A stretch of 64,000 nucleotides of DNA from positions 1,426,001-1,490,000 of the forward strand of contig LSRY02000018.1 of the NCBI GenBank assembly GCA_001643675.2, read 5' to 3'. The notes under the pieces are model-generated. The model did no database searches, was not told the origin of the DNA, and was given only the letters and a program-made list of their open reading frames with translations. The number at the start of each line of letters is the position of its first letter. Positions within the stretch are counted from its first letter, which is position 1. Shown one piece after another: positions 1-12,827 of the stretch. This DNA is from Monocercomonoides exilis PA203. Taxonomy: Eukaryota > Protista > Preaxostyla. The position numbers and the translations under genes are program-made.

Positions 1-205
1 CGTTGCATTGAACTTGAATATGAGTTTTCTTTGCATTGGAACTATTTTCAGTTTCCATTGAAGTCATCTGGGCATCTGCAGGAATTATTTGCAAAAAATT
101 CGAATCAGAAATTATTCCAATTTTGTCTTTTGTGGCATCTTCGTGAAAGCAATGTTCGCAAATGACATTCCCCAAAATAGCTGCGATAGCAATCAATAAA
201 TTCAT
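1..205 (-). CDS. 5' end of a probable secreted/surface protein gene running off the left edge
   Basis: ATG at 205 opens 68 stop-free codons to the window edge: MNLLIAIAAILGNVICEHCFHEDATKDKIG...QVQCN. The hydrophobic N-terminus resembles a signal peptide. Absent from the ORF track because there is no stop in the window. Confidence 0.55.
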   Translation of the reverse strand, partial: MNLLIAIAAILGNVICEHCFHEDATKDKIGIISDSNFLQIIPADAQMTSMETENSSNAKKTHIQVQCN

Positions 206-1369
206 TTTGCTGTGCAAAATGGACTTTCTTTTTTCTTTTTTTGATCGATTATTATAATGGGTCATATTGATCATTATAAATATAATCAGATTTTCAACTG
301 AAAATTGATTTATATTTCATTTCATTCCTTTCGCAATAAAAATGAAGAAAATAAATAGTGCATGTTGATGTTTGTTCTGATTACTTCATTGTTTCAGAAA
401 TCTTCTCAAAATACGTTCCTTTTCGAAGTATTTATTTCAGAATAATGATGATATTTGAAAGACTTCGGAATATTGAATGAATTATTTCTTTTGTTTTTGT
501 TTCCATTTCACAACAAAGAAATCCTTTGAAGCAACTCTCAAAGAAACTTATTTTTCATGAAATCCAATTCTCATTTTTCCATGTTTATTCTTCAACTTCT
601 TTCTTTTTAATAATTCTCAACGATATGGTTGGTATCCTCTTTCCATTGAAAAAGTGTCTCTTCCTCAATAAGAGAGGAAATATTTTGCTGCATCTCACGA
701 ACAGTTGTTGATTTTCTAAAAGAACATAAAAATTGCTTCAGCAAAAAGAATAAGCAAAAACTAAGGATTCATCAACCACGTCCCAAATGCTTCAAACATT
801 TTGTGCTTCCTTTCTGAAAAGACGTGAAATCCGAATTCTCAGTCACCTGAACTTGAAATAACTGAATAACAGAAAGAGATGATTTTGATTGAAAAAAAGG
901 CAAAAGAGAAATAATTCATAGAAATCCAATGCGCAAAAGAAGATGCGATAGAAAAAATATTTGTTTGAGTTTTTCACTCATGAAAACACAATGTGACGGT
1001 TATTGATGTGTTTTTTCGTTCTTCTATGAATACATGACCAAAAGAAACGGATTGTGAAAATTGGTTTGCCTTTTCATATTTCTTTATAATATTAATACTG
1101 AATATTGTAATGTTTGAATGCTTTGAAGAGATTTATATGGAAAGCACAAAACAAAAAATCGATCAAATATTTCTGCCCATATCAAAATTTTATTATTTTT
1201 GATTGAAAAAAGATTCTTTTTTCGAAGGGCAACAACGTGTATATTTTCATGACTTTTTCTTTTTATTGAAAATTTCATTTGGAACCTTTTTTGCTCTCAA
1301 ACTTACAAAAATCTGGTGCGCAACTGCCATTGTGTTTGTTTCTTTTTCGAAAGCCACCTTACGAGCCTT

Positions 1370-2639
1370 CACCCACTCAACAAACACACGTGATACTCTT
1401 TCCGATGGGAACAAGGAAGTTGATGAAACTTTGAATGAAATGTCCAAAACCTTTGATGAAATGAATTTGAAAGATAAATTGCTTCGTGGTGTATTTTCAT
1501 GTGGTTTTGACACACCATCTCTTGTTCAGCAGATAGTCATAAAGCCAATAATTTGAGGGCATGATGCTTTCATACAGACTCAGTCAGGACAGGGAAAACA
1601 TTTTGCTTAATTGATTGCTTGTTTGCAGATTGTGGATCCTTCTCTGCACTTCATCCAAGCAGTGATTATTTCTCCAAGTCGCAAATGTGCATCGGGTGAG
1701 TTTTGAGTGTGTGCACTTTTATGTTGTTATACACAATAATTTCGCTTATTTCTTTTTTTTCAGGCAATGAAGGGACTTGCAAAATACATTGGGGGAATCC
1801 ACATTTATTGCATTTTCGATGAGGACCATGTTCACGAAGCTACACGAAAAGTTCCTGAGACGCCTTAGCACATAATTATTGGAAGGCCCGAGATTGAAGC
1901 GAAGATAATATATTCTGAGGTTATTGATGTTTGGCATCTGCGAATCTGTGTGCTTGATGGAGCATATACATATCTTTCAAAAGGGTTTAATGTTATGAAA
2001 AAGACATTTTCTCATCTTTCCCTGAGAAAACACGATCGTTTGTGATCGTCAACTGGATATCAGTTGAAGTCATTGAAATAGCTGGCTATATTTTTGCGTT
2101 ATTTGATTCGAATTATGATTTCTTATGAAGAACTTTCACCTGATAGAATTCGACAATTCTGTGTGGATGTTGTGAAAGAAGAATACAAGAAGGGAGTGCC
2201 ATTCGGTCTTTTTGAGACAATTCCCATTGCTGGATGTGTCATCTTCTGCAATCACCAAGAGAAAGTGGATTATATCACAGAAGCGCTTTGAAGTTGAAAG
2301 TTTTCAATGAGTTCGATTCATGGTGGAATCGGAAAAGAAGGCAAAGATCGCATTGTGAAAGATTTCAGAGAAGGAAAAATCAAAGTGCTTGTGGCAACCG
2401 ATTTATTGTCGTGTAGCATTGATGTGCAGCATGCTTCGTTTGTTGTGAATAATGACTTTGTGAATGAATGGTTCCACATTAATTGGCGAGTTGAAATATT
2501 AGGCTGTTATGAAGGGAAAAGTTATGTAATTAACATGGTTACTGAAGCAGATGAGAAAATGATGAAGGAGACACAGGAATACGATGAAACAAAAATTGAA
2601 GTGCTTCATGCATATATCGGAGAATTGCTTTTGAAATAG
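1370..2639 (+). pseudogene. EIF4A: eIF4A-like DEAD-box helicase pseudogene
   Basis: [38 protein letters not shown]; degenerate motifs QSGQGK (motif I), SPSRKCA (PTRELA), VLDGAY (DEAD), VIFCN, IHGG, VLVATDLLSCSIDVQ (ARGID), HINWR (HRIGR). In-frame TGA, TAA and TAG stops. An intron ending at tttcag (1763) is retained. Start coordinate approximate. Confidence 0.85.
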
Positions 2640-3221
2640 CAACAGAGGAATGGACATGATAAAGAAATTATGAATTATTTGAAGAAGGGGAGAACAAGCA
2701 TTTGATAAGAGAAAGAGGTTTTGAAGGATGTGTTGGAAATGAAGAAGAAATGAAATGCAAATAATCATTGTTTGGAAAAGGAGAAATTATTGAAATTATC
2801 AAATAATTCGATATGCTGCAAAGAATAAGGATTGAAAGTGAAGATATTTTGTTATTTAAAGGCAACTTCATAAAATGTTCAGCGGTGTAAAAGTTATAAA
2901 TAATTCTTTTTTGCTGATCTTTTGACGTTTTGAGTTTATTTTCTTTTATTTTGGCTGTGATATTTCCTTTCATGTTTTGTCTATGAGTTTGATGTTTGAG
3001 TTATTTTTTCTTTTCCTTTTCAATGAGCTTTTTTGTTGACTTTTGCTTATATATTTTATTCGTGCGATACTCAGTACCTTTGAAGAATTACAGTTTCTCA
3101 GAAATGAAATGTTGATTCTGCCCACTTTTTTTTTAAAATGCCGTATAATAAAGTTTTTATCAAAAATAAAAGTTTCTCTGTCTTGCTTAGGACGGAAACA
3201 TAAACGTGGAAATTTTGTTGC

Positions 3222-5695
3222 ATGCTTGAATGGAATAAAGCTTTTAGAGCAGGTTTGGAGCAAAGAGGAATTTCCGGTAAAATTTGTTTTTTTTCAATTT
3301 ATAATTTTGTTTTGCAGAAGTTGGGCAATTTTTGGATGATGCACAATGCTTTTATGCGTGTACTCAAAAAGCTTTGTCAGTGAAGCTGATTGACCAATTG
3401 TCAAGTTTTCTCTCTTCCCAGTCTCCAAATTGTGAGGAATATCCGTTTGAACAGCTGCGATGTGCAATCATGGAATGTCGCAATGAGCCAAAGGAGCTTC
3501 AATTGCTTCTAAATGGACTGGTATGCATATTGAAGCATTGCTACTGTTTGAATAATTCCAGTCGTGATGATCCTGCATTCGGAATGCTTTTGAGCCATTA
3601 CTATCCTAAGTTGGTTGAAGATATGACAACATTTTTTTTCAGCGTGCCACGGCGTTCGTTTAACGAAGTGGTTCCTATTGTTGAGCTGCTGTTTCGTGTT
3701 GTTTCATATGGAAGGATTTTCAGTGAAATGAGTAAAGGAGCTCAATCACAGATTGTTTTCTATTATTTGGACAGCGCATTTCTGGAAATGCAGAGCAACG
3801 AAAAGCCGATATTGTCAGAAGGATGGTTGTTCTCTTTATTTGTCATAATTTCGGAAAAGAGCATTAATCGAACAAATATTAGTTTGTTCAATGATTACAG
3901 ATTGTTTTTGGTAATTTATATTTTATCGCTGTTTATGTGTTTGTTCAGGTGGAGTTTTGCTGAGCAACAAAAAATTTGTGAAAAAGCGAATATTTCACAT
4001 TCTTAAGCAGCATAGCAAATGCGAAAGCGAAAGACTGAGCTTGTCGGGGTTTGCAAAAGGGATGCTATTGAGGTTGGTGTGGCACTTGGACAATGCGATT
4101 CGGGCAAAAGACAAGGAAGAACGGATCGAGCAAGGATTTGAAGAATACAAGCGAATACTTAAAGAGGAATATGATGAAAAGAAAAGCATGAGTTACCTTG
4201 ACGGGCTGTATTTCTCGCGCTCGCCATATGTTGAGGATGAAGAAGCATTCGGGGATGTTGTGTTTGACACAGCCTGTGACACGCTTTGCTGTTTGCGCGG
4301 GTGCATCTATGGTGATGGAAAAGAATGCACTTGTTTCAGCAATGATGAAGTGAGAAAGGGAGTGGGTAGGAAATGGGGAAAGGTGTGGTGCGCCGTTCAT
4401 AGAATGATGAATGAAACTGCGATGAGGATGCTTGAGGTGTGCTGCTTTGGGAAGAAATATCTCGGAGAGAGAAGAGACATTACTGATGATGCGGGCAAAC
4501 TGATGGGCTTGAAAAGGAAGAGACGATCGAGACTATTAACGCTTTTTAACGATGATGAGGTGGTTCGCAGCATAATGTCCGCGGTGCACTCAAGTCAAAG
4601 ACGAAGCGTGGATAAGCTGGCATTGAAACTGCTGACATCCATAATTCGTGCCGGAAGAAATGAAGGAAGAAGCAGAGCAAGAGCGATGCTTTCTGGAGTT
4701 TTGTCGACCATTTGTGAACTGCTGATGAGAGGAAAAGACGGTAGAGAATACAAATATCGAATATGGCTGCATTTTGTGGGGGACATGATTCAAACAACAA
4801 TCACACGGCCTTGGGCAAAACTGAAGACACTAAATGGGTATTTTGGAAAGGTAAGCCCTGTTTTCTTTTATGCAGACATTTTGGCGCTTCGGGAGATGTT
4901 GGAAGAGGAAGGGTTTGGAGATCTGCTGGTGGCTGTTACTATTGCAATGTGTGAATCATATGAGTGGCTTTCAGAGGTCATGTTTTGTGGTATGAGCTAA
5001 TTTGCAGCTTTGTGACGCTGAGCTGTGGAAAGACTTACGAATTGTTCAACCACAACATTTTGAGTATAGCGGGTACTAATGGAGATTTCAATGGAAAATT
5101 AGTTTGGTTGTATTTCTATCGTGGAAGAGCGACGTATCACAAGTGGACTTTTGATGTTTCAACACTCAGCGATTCATCGTCATTCTCCGAGTTGGAAGGC
5201 GGAAATGTTGAGAGCGATACCTCCACTGATCCTTATTGGTATGAGCATTTCACAACCTCTGATTCATCAGAGGCAGGCAACGAGAGCGAGGAGATCAGAT
5301 GGGTGCAGACTCCGCATGGATTGTGGAAAATGAAAAAAGATGAAGTGGTGCCATTGTTTGAATTCAATTACACGAGCAGATTTTTCGGTCGCAAACGAAA
5401 ATATCAGTCGAAGCACAAGTGGAGGAGGGTGCAGACGAACAGAAGGAGAAAGCGGAACAAAGGAAAGGTGCTGATGCTGCTGAAGAAGGAGGAAGGATTT
5501 CGAGAAAGAAGGAGAAAAGGAAAGCAGAGAAGGGACGATGCGAAGTTTGAGCTGAGAACGGAAATGTGGGAACGTGCACTTCATGAGCTATCTGAAGACG
5601 AATACCTGGATGAAGAATGGGAGTGTTCTGAAAAGAATGAAGAAGATGAAAAGGAGGAAGAGAACGAAAACAAAGAGAACAGTTATCGAATTTAA
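3222..5695 (+). CDS. Hypothetical helical protein with basic/acidic C-terminus (spliced model)
   Basis: ATG 3222. Frame-preserving GT-AG introns at 3277-3317, 3882-3948 and probably 4949-5007 join ORFs 3332-4006, 3957-5000 and 4964-5695. No recognisable domain. Confidence 0.55.
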
Positions 5696-6749
5696 AAAAA
5701 AAAGAAGTATATTTGCCGAAAAGAGTACATGAATTCATACAAAAGAAATAAACTCTTCTGCTTTGATGGGTCTTTTTTATGCAAACAATCGAAACAGAAG
5801 CAATTTAAGCAGAAATGATTGTTATTGCTTTGCATTTTTAAAGATTCAAGATTCGAAAATTGCGTTATTTATAGATTTTGTTTGTGAGTTGTTGCTGTTT
5901 TTTTGAGTGATTTTTTGAAAGTGTTTTCTTGCATTTTTTTTTTTATTTTCTCTCTTTATTTCAAAATAAACTTATTTTTGAATCGAGTTCTGAATTGAAT
6001 GATGAAGTGACTGTGTGCTTTGGTGGCTGTAAATTGTATTTTGCTTCTCTTTATTTCTCTTTATTTTTTTGGATAATCTTTAGTCATTATATTTCCGTTG
6101 GTTTTTGTTAATTTGTCATTCAAATGTTTTGTTTCTTTTATTATTTTTGTAATTTTTGTAGCAATTATTTTATTATTATTTACAGATTTCTATTTTTGAT
6201 TTTGAAGATTTATCTTGAAGTGTTCTGTTATTTACAATCGAAAAACAAATTACAATGCGTCTGATATGATTTTACAAAATTAAAAATATCAATAAAAAAG
6301 ATTTATTAAGATTTTTCCATTTTCAAATAAGAGATGATATACTTTGAGTTTGTGTTTAAATCAGTCTCCGATAGAGCTCAGACATTCAAGACACAAAATC
6401 GGTAAATGAATCATTATATCAATTTCCGTTTCTCCTTTATTCAAAGTGAATCTGAAATCATTTCGAGAAAATGTGGATCTTTCTTCAAAGAAATAGAAAA
6501 ATAGAAAGAAAAAGGTCAACTTCAGGAAAGTCGTTTGGAAGAATTGTGATTTGATAAAGTTGTTTTGCGAATGCAGTAAAAATATAATCAAAAGAGTTCT
6601 TCAATTATATATTCACAGATGTTTGTGTTTTGAAGAATTGAAAAGCTTTTTTGAGTAAAAACGTTCATGCTCATAAATCAGTTAAATGAACAAAATTTTA
6701 TTTAATTTTCAATTTATATGATATTTTTCATTTTTTAATAAAAAAATGA

Positions 6750-7001
6750 GTGATTATTTTTGAAATCATATTTATTCCATCAAAATTTTCGGTTTAAGAA
6801 TTCACTTCAAGTGCTGATAAATGAGCACAAAAAAGAAATAATTCCATACAAAAATAATTTTTTCATGAATATTATCTGAAGCATTGTCATTTTAAACAAT
6901 TGCATTGCATTTAACTTTTTAATGAATAATTCCTCTCAAAAGAAATTAAACATTTGAAAAATCGACACTCCGAAAAAAGTTATGATTTCAAAAATAATCA
7001 C
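6750..7001. mobile_element. Putative MITE-like element with 21-bp perfect terminal inverted repeats
   Basis: gtgattatttttgaaatcata (6750-6770) is the exact reverse complement of tatgatttcaaaaataatcac (6981-7001). The interior is non-coding and AT-rich. No clear target-site duplication. Confidence 0.4.
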
Positions 7002-7699
7002 CCAAATGGCAAAATTTTTTTGAAAAGTTCCTCGACTTTAATTTTGTCCCACAAAAGATCATAAATGATCAAAAAATGTTGATCATTCCGTTCCCATTAT
7101 TGTTTTATTGATTTTATAAATTGTTATTTTCTGAGCTTATTACTGAAAAATATTACAAAAATCTGATGATAACATACAGAACGTTAATAATATAATACAA
7201 TACGCTTTTGTTAGCAACTGCTATCGAGCTATTTGAATCAAATGAATTGCATGCTCTTATTTCTGCATTTTCATTTCATCTATTCGAATATTAATTATTA
7301 ATATATGAATGTTATCCAAGTTTTTATTATTTTCTTTTGCTGAAAGATAAAAAAATTGATTTACTTGAATTCTTGAATTTTATTAATAAATTTTTTAAAC
7401 AGGAAAGATTTATCAAAACAATACTCGTTGCGTTAGAATAATATTCAAAAAGGAGGTGACATAAAGCAATTATTAATATAATTTTGGAAAATTGGAATGA
7501 TACATTTTTTTTTCTAAATAAATCTCCATTTGTAACAAACTCAAAAATGTTATCTCTTCAAATATTAATATTTAAACAGTTTGTATCAAACAAGTTTCTT
7601 TCATCTCAGAATGTGCCTTTTCCTTCTCCCTTTCAGTTTAAACAGATGCATTATAAAAAGATGTTTTGCCTTAATCTTTTCAAATTGTACGGAGTTAAC

Positions 7700-10600
7700 A
7701 GGCTTTTTCGGCTGTTCGTCCATTTTGATACAAATGTGGATGCTGTTAGCTCTTCGGGTGGTACTTCTGGCTGACATGATGAGAAATATCTCATCAAACT
7801 TCTTGTTGCCTTGGCAGTGAAGCAGTCATCTCTTCGTTCAACAACATTGCCTTCTTCGTCTTCAACAGGAGCAGCACGCCGATCAACTTCGCCATTCTGG
7901 AGTCCGAGAAGAGAAGAGAAGAAGGAAATGGGGGAGTAGAAGCTATCTTCAGTATTTTCTTCAGCTCCTGAAATTTTCCCTTCGGATGCCTCGGCGGTGG
8001 CAGCGTCATACACATCGGCAGGAGCGATGGATGACATCGAGAGGCGGCTGGGGTGTATGAAAATCACAGATAGTCGTTACTGAGGGTGAAACAGACGCTG
8101 AGGGGATATGTTGTGGCTCGGCGGGCGGTGCTGTATAGGGGTGTTGCGTGTGCATACGATGTGGCGCTTTCAGCGATGCTTTTGGTTCCGCTGGTGGCGC
8201 AGCTTCCGTCGCTTGCAGCGTCTGTGGGCACGAAGTCGGGGAGCAAGCAGATCTTTGCGTTGGAGAATGTGAATGCGTTCCAGTCGATCTACGATCTGTT
8301 TTACCTGTCGCTGCAGATATGGAGATCACAACAGTCGAGGCGTGTGGAGGTGAAGCTGGACGAGGAAGTGATGGGGCGAGGGGTTGCTGTATGTGAAGTG
8401 GGGGAGATTGTGGAGAAGAGAATGGAGGCGGTTTGGTTGAGGATGGAGGATGTGGTTCTGTTGTCTGAGGAGATTGTGCTGGCGGTGCTGGAGGAGCGGG
8501 AAGAGGTAGAGGAAGGTGATGTGAATGAAGTGAAAGGTGGGTATCCGGCTGCGCACAGATAGTTTGTGGAGAGAATCAAAGAGAACCAGGGGAAGCTGGA
8601 AGAACCGATGGCGCAGATGGTTGTGGAGGCGCTTGGGATGAGTGGGCAGAAGTTAGTGAAGGCGAGGACAGAGACTGAGGCGAGCGCATGCAAAAAGTTT
8701 TCAGTGGAACCTGAAGTGCACAATTCTTCTCCATCTGATGGCATCCAACAGGAGATTTCAGAAGAGCAGAAGAGGGAGCAGCAGACGGGTCTTTGGGTAT
8801 AGCTTCAGATGGAAGAGAAGGAAGTGTGAGGATAGATGGAAAACAGATGCAAATGAAGACGAATGGTTTGAAAATGAGTGAGGAAAAAGATAAACCCGAT
8901 GAAGAAGTCTGGCGAAAAAAGTCGTTTGCTTTATGAGGAGTGATTAGAAGAAGAAGAGGAAGAGGAGGAAAATGGAGGAAAAATTGTGTGCAGATAGAAG
9001 AGCGGAGTTCCGTGGTTGTTCTATTTGGTTGAGGGATTACGAGAAGTGCCTTGAACTGAAAAGGCAATCAGTAAATGATGCGTGTGCGCATTGGATACGG
9101 GAAGACTTTGGATGCGCTGGGAGAGCTGAACATGCAGCTGCCTTGAAGCTGTGCAAAAATGCAGACGAAATGGTGGAGATCCTGTTGAGAAACAAAGTCG
9201 AAGAGGAATTAAACTTTATAGCCAGGTGAGATCCTCATGCAGCATGGGACTAAGAGAGAAGCAGGGATGAAGCAGGCGATTGTGGAAGATTTGGCGGTTA
9301 TGTTTTTCGCACTTGTTGAATGGTGCGTGCACAAAGCAGAGGAGTTCGAGTTTGTGCGTGGTATCATTATCAGCCAGGATGAGCTGATCCACCTTGCGAA
9401 TGAGCACATTGTAATGAAATCGCGGCTACTGCGCTGTGGAGTGACAGCGTCTGTTGTGATGGAGTACAGATGATTCGGTGAAGGTGAAATTCATATCGGA
9501 GAAAGGAATTGAGGCAACATGGCAGAGTAGAGAAGGAGCAGAAGCAGGTTATGTGAAGGAGATGCTGAGCAATTGTTCAGCGACACTGTCAGTGCGCGCG
9601 TTTGAGTGTGTGTTTGATGGGGCGTCTGATGCGGATAAACAGCTGATATGGCGAGGCAAGTGAATGGAGGCAGAGGTGCAGAAGGCGGGGAAGCGGGTTC
9701 ATTCAACACATCCGACAAGAGGCTCGGTATCGAAGAGTTGTTTATTCAAAGAAGACAGTCGAATGTGTCCAAATGATAGTGGAATGCGGCTGAGATGCTT
9801 CGTTCACCATTTCTAACTGACGACGCTTTCTCAGTGGTTGTTACGATGGATGCTCCCATGGCATTGAAGATGGCAGCAGAGGATCTGCATTATAGTTTTG
9901 TTTCTTCTTCTTCTTTGTAGTCGTCTTCTTCTTCTTCTTCTTCCTCCTCTTCTTTTCCTTGCTGTTTAATTCCTTCAGACCATCGTCATCTTCGTCACAA
10001 ATATCTCATCTGTCGCATTCCTCTTCTTCTTTCTCTTTATCAGCCTCAGCACATGCATCTCTGGAAGAACCTGCTTTGAACAGTATGTCAAATGCGTGTG
10101 TTCTGAAGAGTTGCTCATCGACGTACTTGTATTATTGGCTTTATGATGTTTGCGTAGCTCCATCTACAGCCTCATCTCCAGATGCGAAGAAGAAGAGCAC
10201 TTGTGCGACGAATGGGACAAAGGCATCGGTGGTGGCACATCGTCAAGAGAAGTGGTGGATTTGAACAGACGAGGACACGAATGGAAGAAGCGCTTCTGCG
10301 ACGAGGTCTGTGAAGATTGAGAGAATGTGCCCAGGAGAAGCGGTGGGGCATCAGCAGTGGAGAAGGAAAGAGGCGCAGACAGAGCTGATGAAAGAGAAGA
10401 GGATGAAGTTGTGGAGATCATAGCAGTCAAAGTCTCTGGAGCTAGCAAGTTTGATGAGGAAGTTGGGGATGCAACAGCACATGATTGTTGGAGGCTTCCT
10501 GGATGAGCCAAATGAGACGGATGCAAGGGAGAGCTTGCCTGCGTGCGTGACTTTTGCGATGTGGCTGAGAGAAGGAAAGAAGGGCAGAGAAAGAGGAGGA

Positions 10601-11950
10601 AGCGAGAGATGTTGGAGAAGTCAGAGAGGCCAAGGAAGAAGAAGCAGAGGAAGATAAAGGTGGAAGGGAAGAAGATGACGACGACGACGATGAAGATGAT
10701 GATACAATGGATGCAGTTGAAGATACCCCAAGCACAATCGTCTAAGCCAACAGTGATGCAGAAACAGAAGACGATGTGCCATCAAAGAAAGAGCGAAGCG
10801 TGGCTAACTCAAAAGTGGTAGAAAATGGAGTGTTTGAGGTGCTTATCTCAGAGCAGTGAGCTGTTGATGAGTGTGTCCGTGCCATTGACGTGGTTGTTTG
10901 AGTGATGGCGGGTGCAGGGAAGATGAGGGCAGTGGCTGAGACAGAGGCAAAGGCGGATACTATTAATGAAGGAGAAGTAGATATAGAAGAAGAAGAAAAT
11001 GAAGAAGAAGAAGAAGAAGAAGAAGAAGTTGATGACCGTGGTGGAGGCGATAAAGAAGAAAGCGAAATGCTATATTGGAATTCTTGAACTTGCAAGTTGG
11101 GCGAATGTTGAGGGAAAAAAGGAAAGATGGCTGCGATCCGCAGAGGAGATATCTCTTGATGAGATGAGTGTGTAGCAGGCGCTGATGGAACAGAGGGAAG
11201 TCGAACCGAAGAAGTGAAAGAAGAAGAAGAAGAAGAAGAAGAAGGAAAGAGAGGAAACAAGCGCTGGAGTTGAATGGCTTGGGGCAACGAGTGGAGATGA
11301 AGCATATGGATGAGAAGGAGTTTTTGAATGTTGTGAGCGAAGAGTGGGAGGTGAATGAGGAAGAATGGAAGGTGAGGAAGTTTGTGGAGTGGGAGAAGAT
11401 GCATGCGGTGCTGATGAATGTGTGTGATGTGATGACGATGAACACGACATCTTCGTAGATGTCGACAGAGGTGCTGATGCAAGCGACAGGATCGATCGTG
11501 CTGCAAAGTGGTAGTGCGAAAAGAACATTAAGCATTGCACTGAAGAATGAAAGCACTCTTACGTAATTTTGTACGTTACGCTTCTTGCTGAGAAAAGTGT
11601 TTGTGCCATATCAAGTTCATTTGATGATAAGGTCGTCGAATGTGTGTTGCAGCAGAGAGTGAGGGCTCATGGTGGGGTGAAAGCAGAAGGGAGGGTGCTG
11701 GAGGCAGAGTGTGGAGACAGGAAGAATATGTCGCAGGATGCGGAGAAAAAAGTGCTTCTTGAGTTTCTGGAGAAGAAGAATCTGCAAAGAGTAGAAGTGG
11801 ATTTGTTGATGATTATATGGTAGTTAAAGGAGAAAAGTGTATCTGAACTTGTGGTTTTGATACTGTAGGCTGTATGTGGGACCTTGCTGTGGTGCAAATG
11901 CATGAGATAACAATGGTGAAAGGGATGCAAGTGTATTGAAGTTTCGCTAT
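7700..11950 (+). pseudogene. Decayed large protein gene of unknown family
   Basis: About 4 kb with coding-like, purine-rich composition and chains of short + strand ORFs (8086-8562, 8566-8802, 8972-9229, 9237-9473, 9478-9663, 10902-11087, 11270-11458, 11569-11823) broken by stops and frameshifts, with poly-Ser and poly-Glu relics. Boundaries approximate. Confidence 0.55.
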
Positions 11951-11954
11951 CAGA

Positions 11955-12827
11955 TCAATGTGCATACTTTTGTGTTTGGAATAGAAGAAGAAGAGTTGTA
12001 GGATGAGGAGGAAGAAGAGATGATGATGAAGAGACATTGAAAATGGAGTAAAGAGGAAGGGAAGATGAAAGAGTGAAGATAAGTTTTGATAATTCTGTTT
12101 CAGTTCCTGCTGTTATCATCGCTGAGTTTAGTGTTAAACTTGCATCGGAGGCTGTCAAACCACTTTGGTCATCATTTCCTCTGATTTCATGCTTTTGATC
12201 AGAGAAGGCCAATTCATCGCTCATTAAAATCATTCCATTCGCAACAACTTTCTTTGAACCTGATAGACGTTTTAGAGAATGCTTCAAAGTTAAACAAGGG
12301 AATTGGACAATTCCGCAATGAGAATGGTCAGATGCCTCGGTGTTGCTCACATGAATTTCTTCTGGAGTGGGGAGGAGATAGATGCACAGAGGAATGGCCA
12401 CACTGTTGTTTCCATTGTCATATCCTCGAACCTTGTCAAAAGAATCCAAAGAGGCTGTCACACATGTGATTTTTTGTGACTTTGCAGTCACTTCAAGATT
12501 GGAAGAAATGACAAAGATGTCTCTTCCCCATCTGGCTGTGTTTGTTCCGAATGAAGAAGAAATCAGGAAATTGGGATTTTCATTCAGCAATCCAAGAAAG
12601 ATTCCTCCCCCAAGACCATCGGATGCAGAACAAAAGCTCCCATCAAAAGATCCACCTTTCACTTTCACTTCATTTTCATTCCCAATACACAGCATCATTG
12701 AGCCTCCGTTGGCTGATTTTGTGCTTCCACATCCTGATATTGCTCTCGAATTCTGATCTTTATTTGTATTGTTATTGAAGAAACAATTGTTGGCTATCAA
12801 CTGTTGACTATTCAATTCAAAAAACAT
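11955..12827 (-). pseudogene. Fragment of a beta-helix/Cys-repeat surface protein (same family as 34283-42064)
   Basis: Contains family motifs DGLGGGIFL...FGTNTARWGRDIFV and IHVSNTEASDHSHCGIVQFPCLTLKHSL. Lacks signal peptide, TM and cytoplasmic parts, and ends abruptly in low-complexity sequence. Confidence 0.7.

Noticed and set aside
1370-2639. Stop-codon reassignment (TAA/TAG = Gln, known in some oxymonads) explaining the in-frame stops
   Set aside because: The broken regions contain all three stop types plus eroded motifs or frameshifts. Intact genes end in TAA (ABCC, ENTH), TAG (SPEF1) and TGA (FAM21), and long ORFs have no internal stops.
7700-11950. Retrotransposon or transposase remnant
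   Set aside because: No RT (YxDD), RNase H, integrase, tyrosine recombinase or DDE motifs were recognisable in any listed frame.
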